Shown here in pieces: positions 31,446 through 43,400 of a stretch of DNA of 64,000 nucleotides. A program made the position numbers and the translations under genes. Positions within the stretch are counted from its first letter, which is position 1; every line of letters starts with the position of its first letter. Where the stretch lies: NCBI GenBank assembly GCA_963665325.3, contig OZ224045.1:832001-896000 (forward strand). Direction: 5' to 3'. The notes beneath the pieces are model-generated. The model was not told the DNA's origin and ran no database searches. It worked only from the letters and a program-made list of their open reading frames with translations. Source of the stretch: Alphaproteobacteria bacterium. GTDB taxonomy: Bacteria > Pseudomonadota > Alphaproteobacteria > Bin95.

Positions 31446-31466
31446 GTGCTTGTCTCCCCTGTCAGA

Positions 31467-34136
<2,670 letters not shown>

Positions 34137-34267
34137 GATGCGAAAGCCTCCAGATTGCCGAAATCCACGCAGGCCGGGGTTTACACCCGAACGCGGCCGA
34201 GGCAAAGGGTCGGGGGCAAAGCCGGATCGAGTGAGACGCGTTTGCTGACGGTGCATCCTGTTGTCGA

Positions 34268-34285
34268 TATAGCAAACATGCTATA
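34268..34285. promoter_or_regulatory. Palindromic operator upstream of the higBA-like pair
   Basis: TATAGCA-aaca-TGCTATA, 11 bp before the toxin ATG. Confidence 0.7.
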
Positions 34286-34296
34286 GATGCGGCGCC

Positions 34297-34623
34297 ATGG
34301 AATGGACCGTGGAAACCCTCAACGAGACCGTGGACGACGAGCTGCGCGCGTTGCCCGCCGACATGCGCGCGCGATTCGTCCGGATCTGCCGGTTGATTTC
34401 TGCCGTCGGCCTCGAGCGCCTGGGTGCGCCGCGTGTCAGACATCTCACCGGACCGCTCTGGGAAATGCGAATGACCGGCCGGGACGGGATATCGCGGGCA
34501 CTCTATGTCACGGTTCGGGACAGACGGGTGGTGGTCGTGCGGGTATTCGTGAAGAAGACCCAACGAACACCGGGCCGGGAGATTGCATTGGCGCTGCGGC
34601 GCGCCAGGGAGATATTGGAATGA
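34297..34623 (+). CDS. RelE/HigB-family (Gp49-like) toxin
   Basis: PRVRHLTGPLWEMR, RALY, FVKKTQRTP..EIALA. Confidence 0.9.
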   Translation: MEWTVETLNETVDDELRALPADMRARFVRICRLISAVGLERLGAPRVRHLTGPLWEMRMTGRDGISRALYVTVRDRRVVVVRVFVKKTQRTPGREIALALRRAREILE

Positions 34624-34913
34624 CCAAGGTATCGGAACTCCACCGGGAGTGGAGCGCGGACCCGGAATACCGGGAAGCGTATGAGCGTCTCGGCCCGGAG
34701 TTTGCGTTGGCGCGCACGCTCATCGAGGCCCGCCGGGATGCAGGCCTGACCCAGGCCCAATTGGCCGATCGCATGGAAACGACGCAATCCGTTGTGGCCC
34801 GCCTTGAGAGCGGGCGCATCAACCCGTCCACCCGGACGCTGGAGAAGGTCGCCTTAGCCACGGGTACGCGGCTGCGAATCAGTTTCGAGCGGACAAAGAT
34901 GCAATCCGGCTGA
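34620..34913 (+). CDS. HigA-like XRE HTH antitoxin
   Basis: ARRDAGLTQAQLADRMETTQSVVARLESG; ATGA overlap with the toxin. Confidence 0.9.
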   Translation: MTKVSELHREWSADPEYREAYERLGPEFALARTLIEARRDAGLTQAQLADRMETTQSVVARLESGRINPSTRTLEKVALATGTRLRISFERTKMQSG

Positions 34914-35061
34914 CGGAGGAGGAGCTTGTCATGGCACCGATCGGGCGCTCGGTTGTCCCGGACGAATAGACAGGCGCTCCGTTCAAGCCATCCACCCTCC
35001 CGCATTTGCGGCAGAGGCGGCGAATTGCTATCTCCCTTGGGCATCGGGGGGAGCGAAGCTC

Positions 35062-36285
35062 TTGCGCATTGAAGTCATCTGCACCGGCGACGAGGTGCTG
35101 ACCGGCAAGACCGTCAACACCAATTTCAGCCGCTTGAGCCGGCGGCTGACGGAACTCGGCATGCCGGTGGTGCGCGAAACCACGGTGGGCGACGACCGGG
35201 CGGAGTTGCGCGCCGCCTTCGACACCGCCGCCGGGCGGGCCGACGCGGTGATCGTGAATGGCGGGCTCGGGCCGACCGTGGACGATCTCAGCCAGGAAGT
35301 GGCGGCGGAAGCGGCGGGCGTGGCCCTCGGCCTCCGGCCCGAATGGCTGGCGAACATCCAGGCCTTCTACCGCCGCCGCAACCGCGAGATGCCGCCCAAC
35401 AACCGCAAGCAGGCCATGCTGCCGGAGGGCGCCGAACTCATCGACAACCCCGTCGGCACGGCCTGCGGCTTCGCGCTCGACATCGGCGCAGCGCGGTTCT
35501 TCTTCACCCCCGGCGTGCCCTCGGAACTCGACGTGATGGCCGAGCAGCAGCTGATCCCCCGCCTGCGCGCGATGAGCGGCATCGACGCCGTGATCCATCT
35601 CAAGCGCTTCCATTCCTTCGGCATCGGCGAGTCCCGCGCCGACCATATGCTTGCCGGGATCGAGGCGATGGACGCGCACGGCAGGGTCAAGCTCGGTTTC
35701 CAGTCGCACTACCCGCAACTGGAGACGAAGCTTGCCGTCGCCGCGCCCACGACAGAGGCGGCGGCGGCGCTGCTGGAGCCCATCGGGGCGGAGGTCCGCG
35801 CGCGCCTCGGAAATTTCATCGTCGCGGAGGACGACGGCACCCTGGAGGGCGATGTGCTGGCCCGCCTTCGGGCGTCGGGCGGTTCGCTGAGCGCGGTGGA
35901 GACCGGCTCCCACGGAATTCTGGGCGCGCGCCTTGCGGCCGCCGACGAGGAGGGCGGCGTGTTCCTGCGGGCGTCTTCGGGCAACGCCACGGCCGCCGTG
36001 GCGCGGCCGCTGGGCCTCGCGGTCGACGCCTCGCCGATGGAGCTCGCCGAAGGGGTGCGCCGGGCGGACGGGGTGACGCACGGGCTGGCCGCTGCCGTCA
36101 ATGCCGGGACCGGAGAGGTGCATATCGCGCTCGCCGGGCCGGATGGCGGCTTCGAGCGCCGCGCTCTCATGATCGGCGGCCCGAGGCGGGCGCGGGACGG
36201 CGGCGTGGAACTTGCGCTTGACTGCCTGCGGCGGAGCCTCGCCGGCGCGCCGGTGGACCAGAAGATCGATTTCGAGAAGGCCTGA
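35062..36285 (+). CDS. CinA-like protein (COG1058 molybdopterin-binding N-domain, degenerate PncC-like C-domain)
   Basis: GDEVLTGKTVNTN, VGDD, GGLGPTVDD, NPVGTACG, PGVPSE. Confidence 0.85.
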   Translation: MRIEVICTGDEVLTGKTVNTNFSRLSRRLTELGMPVVRETTVGDDRAELRAAFDTAAGRADAVIVNGGLGPTVDDLSQEVAAEAAGVALGLRPEWLANIQAFYRRRNREMPPNNRKQAMLPEGAELIDNPVGTACGFALDIGAARFFFTPGVPSELDVMAEQQLIPRLRAMSGIDAVIHLKRFHSFGIGESRADHMLAGIEAMDAHGRVKLGFQSHYPQLETKLAVAAPTTEAAAALLEPIGAEVRARLGNFIVAEDDGTLEGDVLARLRASGGSLSAVETGSHGILGARLAAADEEGGVFLRASSGNATAAVARPLGLAVDASPMELAEGVRRADGVTHGLAAAVNAGTGEVHIALAGPDGGFERRALMIGGPRRARDGGVELALDCLRRSLAGAPVDQKIDFEKA

Positions 36286-36327
36286 GGGCGGGTCCGGCGC
36301 GCGCCGGGCCCCGGGGGAGCGACATCC

Positions 36328-37044
36328 ATGAGCCTCGTGCTGTTTCTTCACGGCGAGCATTTCATTGCCATGGGCCAGCCGTTCCTCGACCGGCTGGGTG
36401 CGGGCCGCGAGCTCCATGCGCCGCTCTATCCGGGCTATGACGGCGCGCCGCCGGACCCGGACTTCCGCAGCGTGGACGACCTCGCCTACCGCTATCTGGA
36501 CCTGCTGGAGGAGCTGGACGCGCGCGACGCCACCATCGTCGGCTGCTCGCTCGGCGGGTGGGTGGCGCTGGAAATGGCGGTGCGCGACCGCTCGCGCATC
36601 GGGCGCATCGCGCTGCTCGCCCCGGTCGGGGTCAAGCTCTCGGGGCGCGAGGAGCGGGACTTCGCCGACCTGCCCTTCATGCGGGAAGCCGAGGCGGCGC
36701 GGACGCTCTTCCACGATCCCGCCCGCTGGGCGCCCGACCATGCCACGCTCGACGAGGCGGCGGTCGAGGCCATTGCGCTGGAGCGCCAGTGGACGGCCTG
36801 GTACGGCTGGAAGCCCTATATGCACAATCCCGTGCTGGCGAAATGGCTGCACCGGGCGGCCGTGCCGACGCTCCTGCTCTGGGGCGAGAGCGACGGTTTC
36901 GCCGCGCCGGACTACGGGCGCAGGCTGGCGGCGCGGCTGCCGGACGCCCGGTTCGAGACGATCCCGGACGCCGGCCACTACCCCCATATCGAACGGGCCG
37001 ATGAGACCGCCGATGCGGTCCTGGCATTCCTGGAGAACGCATGA
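36328..37044 (+). CDS. Alpha/beta hydrolase
   Basis: LFLHG, VGCSLGG nucleophile elbow, WGESD, AGHYPH. Confidence 0.88.
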   Translation: MSLVLFLHGEHFIAMGQPFLDRLGAGRELHAPLYPGYDGAPPDPDFRSVDDLAYRYLDLLEELDARDATIVGCSLGGWVALEMAVRDRSRIGRIALLAPVGVKLSGREERDFADLPFMREAEAARTLFHDPARWAPDHATLDEAAVEAIALERQWTAWYGWKPYMHNPVLAKWLHRAAVPTLLLWGESDGFAAPDYGRRLAARLPDARFETIPDAGHYPHIERADETADAVLAFLENA

Positions 37045-38198
37045 TGCAGGTCTGGCATTTCAGCGAAATGGCCTACCACCCCGGCTGGGAATCGCTGCCG
37101 GACGGCCTGCGCAATGTGATCCCGAGCCGGGTCTACGACCCGGAGGTCGGCGCGGACCTCTACCATCGCTATCTGGACGAATGGGCGCTCTGCGACCGGC
37201 TCGGCCTCAACATCATGGTGAACGAGCACCATGCGACGGCGACCTGCACCACCTCGGTGTGCACCATCCCGATGGCGATCCTGGCGCGCGAGACCGAGAA
37301 GGCGCGGCTGCTCTGCCTCGGCATGCCGATCGGCAACCGCATGGACGCCGTCCGCGTGGCCGAGGAATACGCCATGCTGGACGTCATCAGCCGCGGGCGG
37401 GTCGAGATGGGCTTCGTGAAGGGGGCGCCCTTCGAGATCAACCCCGCCAACTCCAATCCGGCGGAGCTGGAGGAGCGCTTCTGGGAGGCGCACGACCTGA
37501 TCGTCAAGGCGATGACCACCCATGACGGCCCCTTCAACTGGGAAGGACGGCACTACCACTACCGGGAGGTGAATGTCTGGCCGCGCCCCTGGCAGCAGCC
37601 GCATCCGCCGATCTGGATGACGGTGGCGAGCCCCGGCTCGGCCCAGCGCGTCGCCCGCAAGGGCTATGTCATCGCGGCGCTGAACACGGGCTATGTCCAC
37701 ACGCCGGTCGTTTACGGAGCCTATCGGGAGAGCGCGGCAGAAGCGGGCTTCGACCCCGGGCCGGACCGCTTCGCCTATCTCTGCATTATCGGCGTCGGCG
37801 AGACGGAGGCCGAGGGCAAGCGGCGCGCCCACCAGATCCTCGACTACAGCCGGACGACGCCGCGTGTGCAGCCGCAGTTCTTCTACCCGCCGGGCTATTC
37901 GCCGGCGGCGCGGATGTCGGGCCTGATCCGCAGCGGCTCGGAGCTTCGCATCCAGCGGCGCGACGGCTCCGACTTCCCGATGCAGGACGGCACGGTGGAG
38001 GACTTCATGGCCGCCGGCGTCGCCTTCGCCGGCACGCCCGCGCAGGTGGTCGAGCAGGTGGAGGAGTTCGCCGCGGCCGTCGGCGGCTTCGAGCACCTGC
38101 TGATGATGGGGCAGGGCGGCTTCCTCAGCCACGAGGACACGGTCGCCAACCTCACCCTCTTCTCCGAGGAGGCGCTGCCGGCGATCGGCCGGATGTAG
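37041..38198 (+). CDS. LLM-class flavin-dependent monooxygenase
   Basis: VNEHH, RVAEEYAMLDVISRGR, PRPWQQPHPPIW, GTPAQV. Confidence 0.92.
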   Translation: MMQVWHFSEMAYHPGWESLPDGLRNVIPSRVYDPEVGADLYHRYLDEWALCDRLGLNIMVNEHHATATCTTSVCTIPMAILARETEKARLLCLGMPIGNRMDAVRVAEEYAMLDVISRGRVEMGFVKGAPFEINPANSNPAELEERFWEAHDLIVKAMTTHDGPFNWEGRHYHYREVNVWPRPWQQPHPPIWMTVASPGSAQRVARKGYVIAALNTGYVHTPVVYGAYRESAAEAGFDPGPDRFAYLCIIGVGETEAEGKRRAHQILDYSRTTPRVQPQFFYPPGYSPAARMSGLIRSGSELRIQRRDGSDFPMQDGTVEDFMAAGVAFAGTPAQVVEQVEEFAAAVGGFEHLLMMGQGGFLSHEDTVANLTLFSEEALPAIGRM

Positions 38199-38220
38199 CC
38201 GGACGCGAACGGGACGGCGC

Positions 38221-38249
38221 TTGACGGGAAAGGGGCGCCATTCCATAAG
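38221..38249 (+). promoter_or_regulatory. Putative RpoD promoter of the riboswitch-metZ unit
   Basis: TTGACG-N17-CATAAG. Confidence 0.5.
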
Positions 38250-38276
38250 GACACCGATGTCGGCTCCGTGCCGGCT

Positions 38277-38326
38277 CCGCGGGATTTGATCGGGCAGCTT
38301 GCATCCGCGTTACCAAGTGCTAAAGC
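38277..38326 (+). ncRNA. SAM-II (SAM-alpha) riboswitch
   Basis: CGCGG-GATTTG..GCTTGCA-TCCGCG-TTACCAAGT-GCTAAAG matches the SAM-II pattern; lies upstream of metZ and is followed by hairpin CCACGGGA..TTCCGTGG. Confidence 0.85.
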
Positions 38327-38379
38327 GCCACGGGAGGTATTTCCGTGGGCCCGCCAACCGGCAACCCAGGGAGATGGCC

Positions 38380-39597
38380 ATGTCCCGATTGCCCGATTCG
38401 CTCCATGCGGACACAACCGCCGTCCATGGCGGCATCCAGCGCAGCCAGTTCGAGGAAACCGCCGAGGCGCTCTATCTGACCTCGGGCTATGTCTACGGTT
38501 CGGCCGAGGAGGCAGCCGAAGCCTTCGACGGTGTCCGGGACCGCTACATCTACAGCCGCTACGGCAACCCCACGGTGCAGATGTTCATCGACCGGCTCTC
38601 GGCCATCGAGGGTGCGGAGGCGGGCGCGGCAACGGCGAGCGGCATGTCGGCGGTGTTCACCGCGCTGCTCGGCCTGCTGCGGAAGGGCGACCGGCTGGTG
38701 GCTTCGCGCGCGCTCTTCGGCTCCTGCGCCCATATCTGCACCAATATCCTGCCGCGCTACGGCATCGAGACGGAGCTGATCGACGGCAACGACCTGGCGG
38801 CCTGGGAGCGCGCGTTGTCGCAGCCGACCGAGGCGGTGTTTCTGGAAACGCCGACCAATCCGCAACTCGACATCATCGACCTTCGGGCCGTCTCGGAACT
38901 GGCGCACGCCGCCGGGGCGCAGGTCGTCATCGACAACGTCTTCGCCACGCCGCTGTTGCAGAAGCCGCTGGAGCTCGGCGCGGATGTCGTGGTGTACTCG
39001 GCCACCAAGCATATCGACGGCCAGGGGCGCTGCCTCGGCGGGGCGATCCTCGGGACAAGGAAGTTCTGCGACGAGGACCTCCAGCCCTTCATCCGCCACA
39101 CCGGCCCCAGCATGAGCCCGTTCAACGCCTGGGTGCTGCTGAAGGGGCTGGAAACGCTGGCGATCCGCGTCGAGCGCCAGTGCCGGACGGCGATGGAGGT
39201 CGCGCGCTGGCTGGAAGGTCGCGCCGGGATCGCGCGGGTCATCTACCCCTTCCTCGACTCCCACCCGCAGGCGGCTCTGGCGCGCCGCCAGATGAAGGAC
39301 GGCGGCACGGTCGCGACCTTCGAGATCGAGGGCGGCCGGGCGGAGGCCTTCGCGCTGCTGAACGCGCTCCGGTTGGTCCCGATCTCCAACAATCTGGGCG
39401 ACGCCAAGAGCATCGTCACCCACCCGGCCTCGACGACCCACCACCGCATCGGGGCGGAAGCGCGCGCCGCAGTCGGCATCGGCGAGGACATGATCCGCCT
39501 GTCGCTCGGCCTCGAACATGGCGGCGACCTGATCCGCGACCTGGACCGCGCCATCGCCGCGGCCGGGCTGGGTCTGGGCTGCCGTCAGCCTTCCTGA
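38380..39597 (+). CDS. metZ: O-succinylhomoserine sulfhydrylase
   Basis: RSQFEETAEALYLTSG, YSRYGNPT, YSATKHIDGQGR, NNLGDAKS. Confidence 0.93.
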   Translation: MSRLPDSLHADTTAVHGGIQRSQFEETAEALYLTSGYVYGSAEEAAEAFDGVRDRYIYSRYGNPTVQMFIDRLSAIEGAEAGAATASGMSAVFTALLGLLRKGDRLVASRALFGSCAHICTNILPRYGIETELIDGNDLAAWERALSQPTEAVFLETPTNPQLDIIDLRAVSELAHAAGAQVVIDNVFATPLLQKPLELGADVVVYSATKHIDGQGRCLGGAILGTRKFCDEDLQPFIRHTGPSMSPFNAWVLLKGLETLAIRVERQCRTAMEVARWLEGRAGIARVIYPFLDSHPQAALARRQMKDGGTVATFEIEGGRAEAFALLNALRLVPISNNLGDAKSIVTHPASTTHHRIGAEARAAVGIGEDMIRLSLGLEHGGDLIRDLDRAIAAAGLGLGCRQPS

Positions 39598-40613
39598 CGC
39601 GCTCTTACGGCCTCGCCCGCGTCCCAGGCGTCGATATGGCGGAGCAGGAGCGGAGAGAGCGCGAAGGAAATCCGGTCGGGCGGGAGCGTGTGGGCAAGGA
39701 CGCCGTCCGCTGCCAGCGCCGCCGCCAGACCCTTCGCATCCGGGCGCTCCAGCACGACATGGGCCCCGCGCCGGGCGGGTGGCAGCGGATCGTCCTCGCC
39801 CAGTGCGCCCAGGAAAAGTGCGGCAAGCGTGCGCGCCTTCCAGCCGGCCGCCGCGATATCGATGCCCGCGAACATGTCGAGCGCGCCGTCCAGCGCGGCG
39901 AGCGCCAGCGCGGAAGGCTCCGGCACTGCCTCCAGGGCCGCGCCGAGTTCGCCGGTCGCATGGATCCAGGCGGGGGCGCCGGGTCCGCCGCCAAGGAAAC
40001 CGCAGCCCCGCCCGACCGCCGCTTCGACGCCGGACGGCTCCAGCGCCGCCGGCAATGCACCCGCCGTTTCGGAGACGTCGAAGGCTGCGAGCGCACCGGC
40101 CTCGCGGGCCTGTGCGGCGAGGGCCGCCATGTCCCGAAGCGCGCCCGTCGCCGGATCGAGATGGCGCAGCAGCAGCAGCGCATCCCGGTTGAGTTGCGCC
40201 TCGGGGGCTTCGGTCTCCGTGACGGTCAGGCCTTTCGCCCCGAGCCGTGCCAGCAGGGCGGCGAACTCGCCGGGTAGCGCCAGCACGCGGTTGCGGCCGG
40301 CGGCGCAGGCCGCATCGGCCAGCGCTTCGATCGCATCGTCCGCAGTGGCGGCAAAGCCCAGCAATTCGGACCGGGTCCCCAGCAGCGGCGCCAGCTTCTC
40401 GGCCGTCGCCTCTGCCAGATGCCGGCCGTTCGTGAAGTCTGCGCCCCAATCGACGCGCAGGAAGCCGTCGAGCCGCGCCCGAACCCCGCGGGTGAGCGGC
40501 CCGAGGCGGTCGCTGTCGAAGCGAAGCGTCCCGGCAGGCACCAGGAACTCCTCGCGCAAATAGGCGAGCGGATCGCCGTCATCCAGCGTGACGCAGTCCT
40601 CGCGCGTCGTCAT
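39585..40613 (-). CDS. Kynureninase-like protein lacking the PLP lysine
   Basis: MTTREDC..LD..DPLA..REEF, GFLGGGPGAPAW, RRGAHV, LLLRHIDAWDA follow KynU, but GCGYKYL is replaced by GRGCGFL. Confidence 0.7.
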   Translation of the reverse strand: MTTREDCVTLDDGDPLAYLREEFLVPAGTLRFDSDRLGPLTRGVRARLDGFLRVDWGADFTNGRHLAEATAEKLAPLLGTRSELLGFAATADDAIEALADAACAAGRNRVLALPGEFAALLARLGAKGLTVTETEAPEAQLNRDALLLLRHLDPATGALRDMAALAAQAREAGALAAFDVSETAGALPAALEPSGVEAAVGRGCGFLGGGPGAPAWIHATGELGAALEAVPEPSALALAALDGALDMFAGIDIAAAGWKARTLAALFLGALGEDDPLPPARRGAHVVLERPDAKGLAAALAADGVLAHTLPPDRISFALSPLLLRHIDAWDAGEAVRARQEG

Positions 40614-41419
40614 GGCGCCCCGAACAGCAAATCGGCCGCGCGCCGGGCCATGCCTGCATTGTCGTGGCCTATTCCGGGGGCGGTGTGCAGCTCCCAGGCG
40701 AAGGGCGCCGGCAGCAGGCGCGCCATGTCCCGGCCGGCAGCATAGAAATAGTGGCCGCGCGCGTAGCGGTGCGGCCCCTGCGCCATCGCCTCGGGCGACT
40801 TCAGCAGCATCGGTGCGTCCGTCACGGTGTCGTTCTCGCCGAGCAGCACGGTCAGCCGGACCGAGAAGGCGGCGGCGAGCGCCTCGTCACCCATCCGGAA
40901 GCCGGTCAGGCCGTAGGGATAGCGCTCCTCTTCGCGCGGCACCGTATAGGCGCCGGCATTGGCCGCGACCGCGGCCTCGACGCGGGCCTCCGGGGCGAAC
41001 AGCGCCATGCGGTGCACGAATTGCCCGCCGGCGGAATGGCCGTAAAGGTAGTAACGCTCCGCCTCCGCGCCGCTCCAGGCGCAGGCAGCGTCGAATGCGC
41101 TCTCGACGACGGCGAAGCTCCAGTCCGCCTCCGGCAGGAAGGTGCGCCGGTCGGGCGTGCGCATATTGCAGACTTCGTATTCGCGCGGGCCGGGAAACTG
41201 CTCGCGGTCGAACTCGGGCGCCGCGACCAGAAAACCGTAGCGCTCGGCGTGCTCCGCCCAGACATCGCGGTAGTCGGCGGCATTGCGCCGGTAGCCGTGC
41301 AGCACGATGAGCACCGGGTCCGAGGGCTGCCAGGCCGCCGGCCGCCAGAGATGGGTGCGGACGGCGACATCTCCCTCGGTCGGACGGCGGTGCGGAACGG
41401 TGATCTCCGCTGCGCTCAC
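40610..41419 (-). CDS. Alpha/beta hydrolase
   Basis: VLHGYRRNA, YGHSAGGQFVHR, ANAGAY, QGPHR, PGIGH. Confidence 0.85.
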   Translation of the reverse strand: MSAAEITVPHRRPTEGDVAVRTHLWRPAAWQPSDPVLIVLHGYRRNAADYRDVWAEHAERYGFLVAAPEFDREQFPGPREYEVCNMRTPDRRTFLPEADWSFAVVESAFDAACAWSGAEAERYYLYGHSAGGQFVHRMALFAPEARVEAAVAANAGAYTVPREEERYPYGLTGFRMGDEALAAAFSVRLTVLLGENDTVTDAPMLLKSPEAMAQGPHRYARGHYFYAAGRDMARLLPAPFAWELHTAPGIGHDNAGMARRAADLLFGAP

Positions 41420-42249
41420 CGCCTCGCCTCGGTCATGTCCGTGCCGGAATAGACCGCGCCCAGCATGCGCTGCATGGCTGTCGTGTGGGCCGCGCAGGCC
41501 GCCGCGTCGAGGTCGGCTTCAGGGCGCGGCTCATGCTCGAAATGCCCATGGCGGTCCACACCGCGCACGAGCGTCGCGGAATCGTCGAGCTTTATCTGGC
41601 GGACATAGGTCGGGATATAGCGGACCGCGAGGCCGATACGCCGGTCGGGCACCCGGTTCGGCTTCGAGCTGTGCACGAGGCGGATATGGTGAAGCGAGAA
41701 CTCGCCCGCCCGGAGCGGCGCATCGACGGCAAGCGCATCGTCCACTTCCATCTCGATTTCCTGGCCGCGCGTCAGCAGGTTGTCCTCGGCGAAGCTGTCG
41801 CTGTGGGCAATCTGGTCGAACTTGTGCGAACCCGGCAGGAAGCGCATCGGGCCGCTCTCCAGCGGCGCGTCTGACAGCGCCACCCAGGCGGTGACGACAT
41901 CGTGGGGATCGAGCCCCCAATAGGTCGAGTCCTGGTGCCAGGAGACGAACGCCGGGTCGCTCGCTTCCTTGATGAAGAAATTGGTCGTCCAGCAGAGCAG
42001 GTCCGGTCCCAGCAGGTCCTCCACGGCGTCGAGGACGCGCGGATGGTGCACGATCTCGTCCGCCCAGCGGAACAGCAGGTGGACCTTGTGGCGCATGTTG
42101 GAATGGATGACGTCGCCGGTCCCGGCCTCATAGGCCTCCAGTCCGTCGCGGTAGCGGCGCGCCTCGGCTGCGGAAAAGGCGCGCAGCGGAAACAGGTAGC
42201 CGTCGCGCTCATAGGCCTCTCTCTGGGCCTCGGTCAGCATCTTGCCCAT
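41416..42249 (-). CDS. Phytanoyl-CoA dioxygenase (PhyH) family Fe/2OG oxygenase
   Basis: WHQDSTYW (HxD), LVHSS..N..RR. Confidence 0.92.
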   Translation of the reverse strand: MGKMLTEAQREAYERDGYLFPLRAFSAAEARRYRDGLEAYEAGTGDVIHSNMRHKVHLLFRWADEIVHHPRVLDAVEDLLGPDLLCWTTNFFIKEASDPAFVSWHQDSTYWGLDPHDVVTAWVALSDAPLESGPMRFLPGSHKFDQIAHSDSFAEDNLLTRGQEIEMEVDDALAVDAPLRAGEFSLHHIRLVHSSKPNRVPDRRIGLAVRYIPTYVRQIKLDDSATLVRGVDRHGHFEHEPRPEADLDAAACAAHTTAMQRMLGAVYSGTDMTEARR

Positions 42250-42273
42250 CGGTCTTTCCTTGCTACTGGCGGC

Positions 42274-42774
42274 TCAGGTTCCGGTAAGACGCGGCGTAAC
42301 CGGGCGCCAGGCGCGCCCGCCCGGCGGGCAGTCAGCCGTCCCGGAAATTGCCCAGCCGCGCCATGTAACGCTGTGGTCGAGGCCGGCGCCGCGAACCCAG
42401 GAGAGCTCGAATCCGGGGCAGTCCGCCGGCCCGTCGGCGGAATCGACCGTCACAAGAAAGGCGTCCTCCGGCACTTCCGGCAGCGTGTGGAGGCCGTCGA
42501 ACAGGTTGCGCGACCAGTCGATGATGTCCGCCTGCCACTCGCCGAAGCCGCCGCCGCCGGCGCCGCGATAGTTCGCCCGGTCGAAGAATTCGGTGCCCGG
42601 CACGGTATGCACCGCGAGCCAGGGCGCCGGCCCGCCGTCCACCGCGCGGAAACGTTGCGAGGCCTCGAAACCCGGCAGGGTCAGCAAAGAGGCGAGCTTC
42701 GGCCCGCTATACCATTCCGACCATGCCGCCTCGCGCGACGGGTCCCTGAAGCCGCATTCCACCATGTAAAGCAT
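42274..42774 (-). CDS. Hypothetical protein (EthD/DUF4286-like dimeric alpha-beta barrel N-domain)
   Basis: EAAWSEWY..LLTLPGFEASQRF; co-oriented with the phyH-like gene. Confidence 0.6.
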   Translation of the reverse strand: MLYMVECGFRDPSREAAWSEWYSGPKLASLLTLPGFEASQRFRAVDGGPAPWLAVHTVPGTEFFDRANYRGAGGGGFGEWQADIIDWSRNLFDGLHTLPEVPEDAFLVTVDSADGPADCPGFELSWVRGAGLDHSVTWRGWAISGTADCPPGGRAWRPVTPRLTGT

Positions 42775-42817
42775 GGGATGGAGTATAGAAGCGGGCAGCT
42801 GGGAGCGGAAGCGGGCC

Positions 42818-43390
42818 ATGGCCGAAGCCGGGATGAGCTGGAGCGACTATTACGCCAAGACGCGGAACCATCCGCCGCGGCCGACCTTGCTGGAGGCGCT
42901 TGCAAGGTTCGGCGGACGGACGGGGCTCGCGGTCGATCTCGGCATCGGCAGCGGGCGCGATGCGACGGTGCTGCTGGCGCGGGGCTGGCGGGTGGTAGGC
43001 ATAGACGCCGAGCCGGCGGTTCTGGCGCTGCCGCGCCATCCCCGGCTGACGATAAGGCGGGAGCCGTTCGAGACCGCCGAACTGCCGGCGGCGGACCTCG
43101 TGAACGCCAGCTTCTGCCTGCCGTTCTGCCACCCGGATGCCTTCCCTGCCTTCTGGGGCCGCATCGCGGCGGCCCTCGGGCCGGGCGGCCGCTTCGCCGG
43201 CCATTTCTTCGGCCCGCGCGACGGCTGGGCCGGCGACCCCAGCATCACCCACATCCCGGAAGAGGAACTGCGCGCCCTCCTCGCCCCCTTCGACCTCGAA
43301 CGTTTCGACGAAGAGGAAGACGACGCCGAAACCCCGCGCGGTGTCATGAAGCACTGGCACATCTTCCACGTCGTGGCGCGGAAGCGGTGA
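42818..43390 (+). CDS. Class I SAM-dependent methyltransferase (TehB-like)
   Basis: AVDLGIGSGRD, VNASFCLPFC, KHWHIFHVVARK. Confidence 0.85.
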   Translation: MAEAGMSWSDYYAKTRNHPPRPTLLEALARFGGRTGLAVDLGIGSGRDATVLLARGWRVVGIDAEPAVLALPRHPRLTIRREPFETAELPAADLVNASFCLPFCHPDAFPAFWGRIAAALGPGGRFAGHFFGPRDGWAGDPSITHIPEEELRALLAPFDLERFDEEEDDAETPRGVMKHWHIFHVVARKR

Positions 43391-43400
43391 ATGGAGCGCC

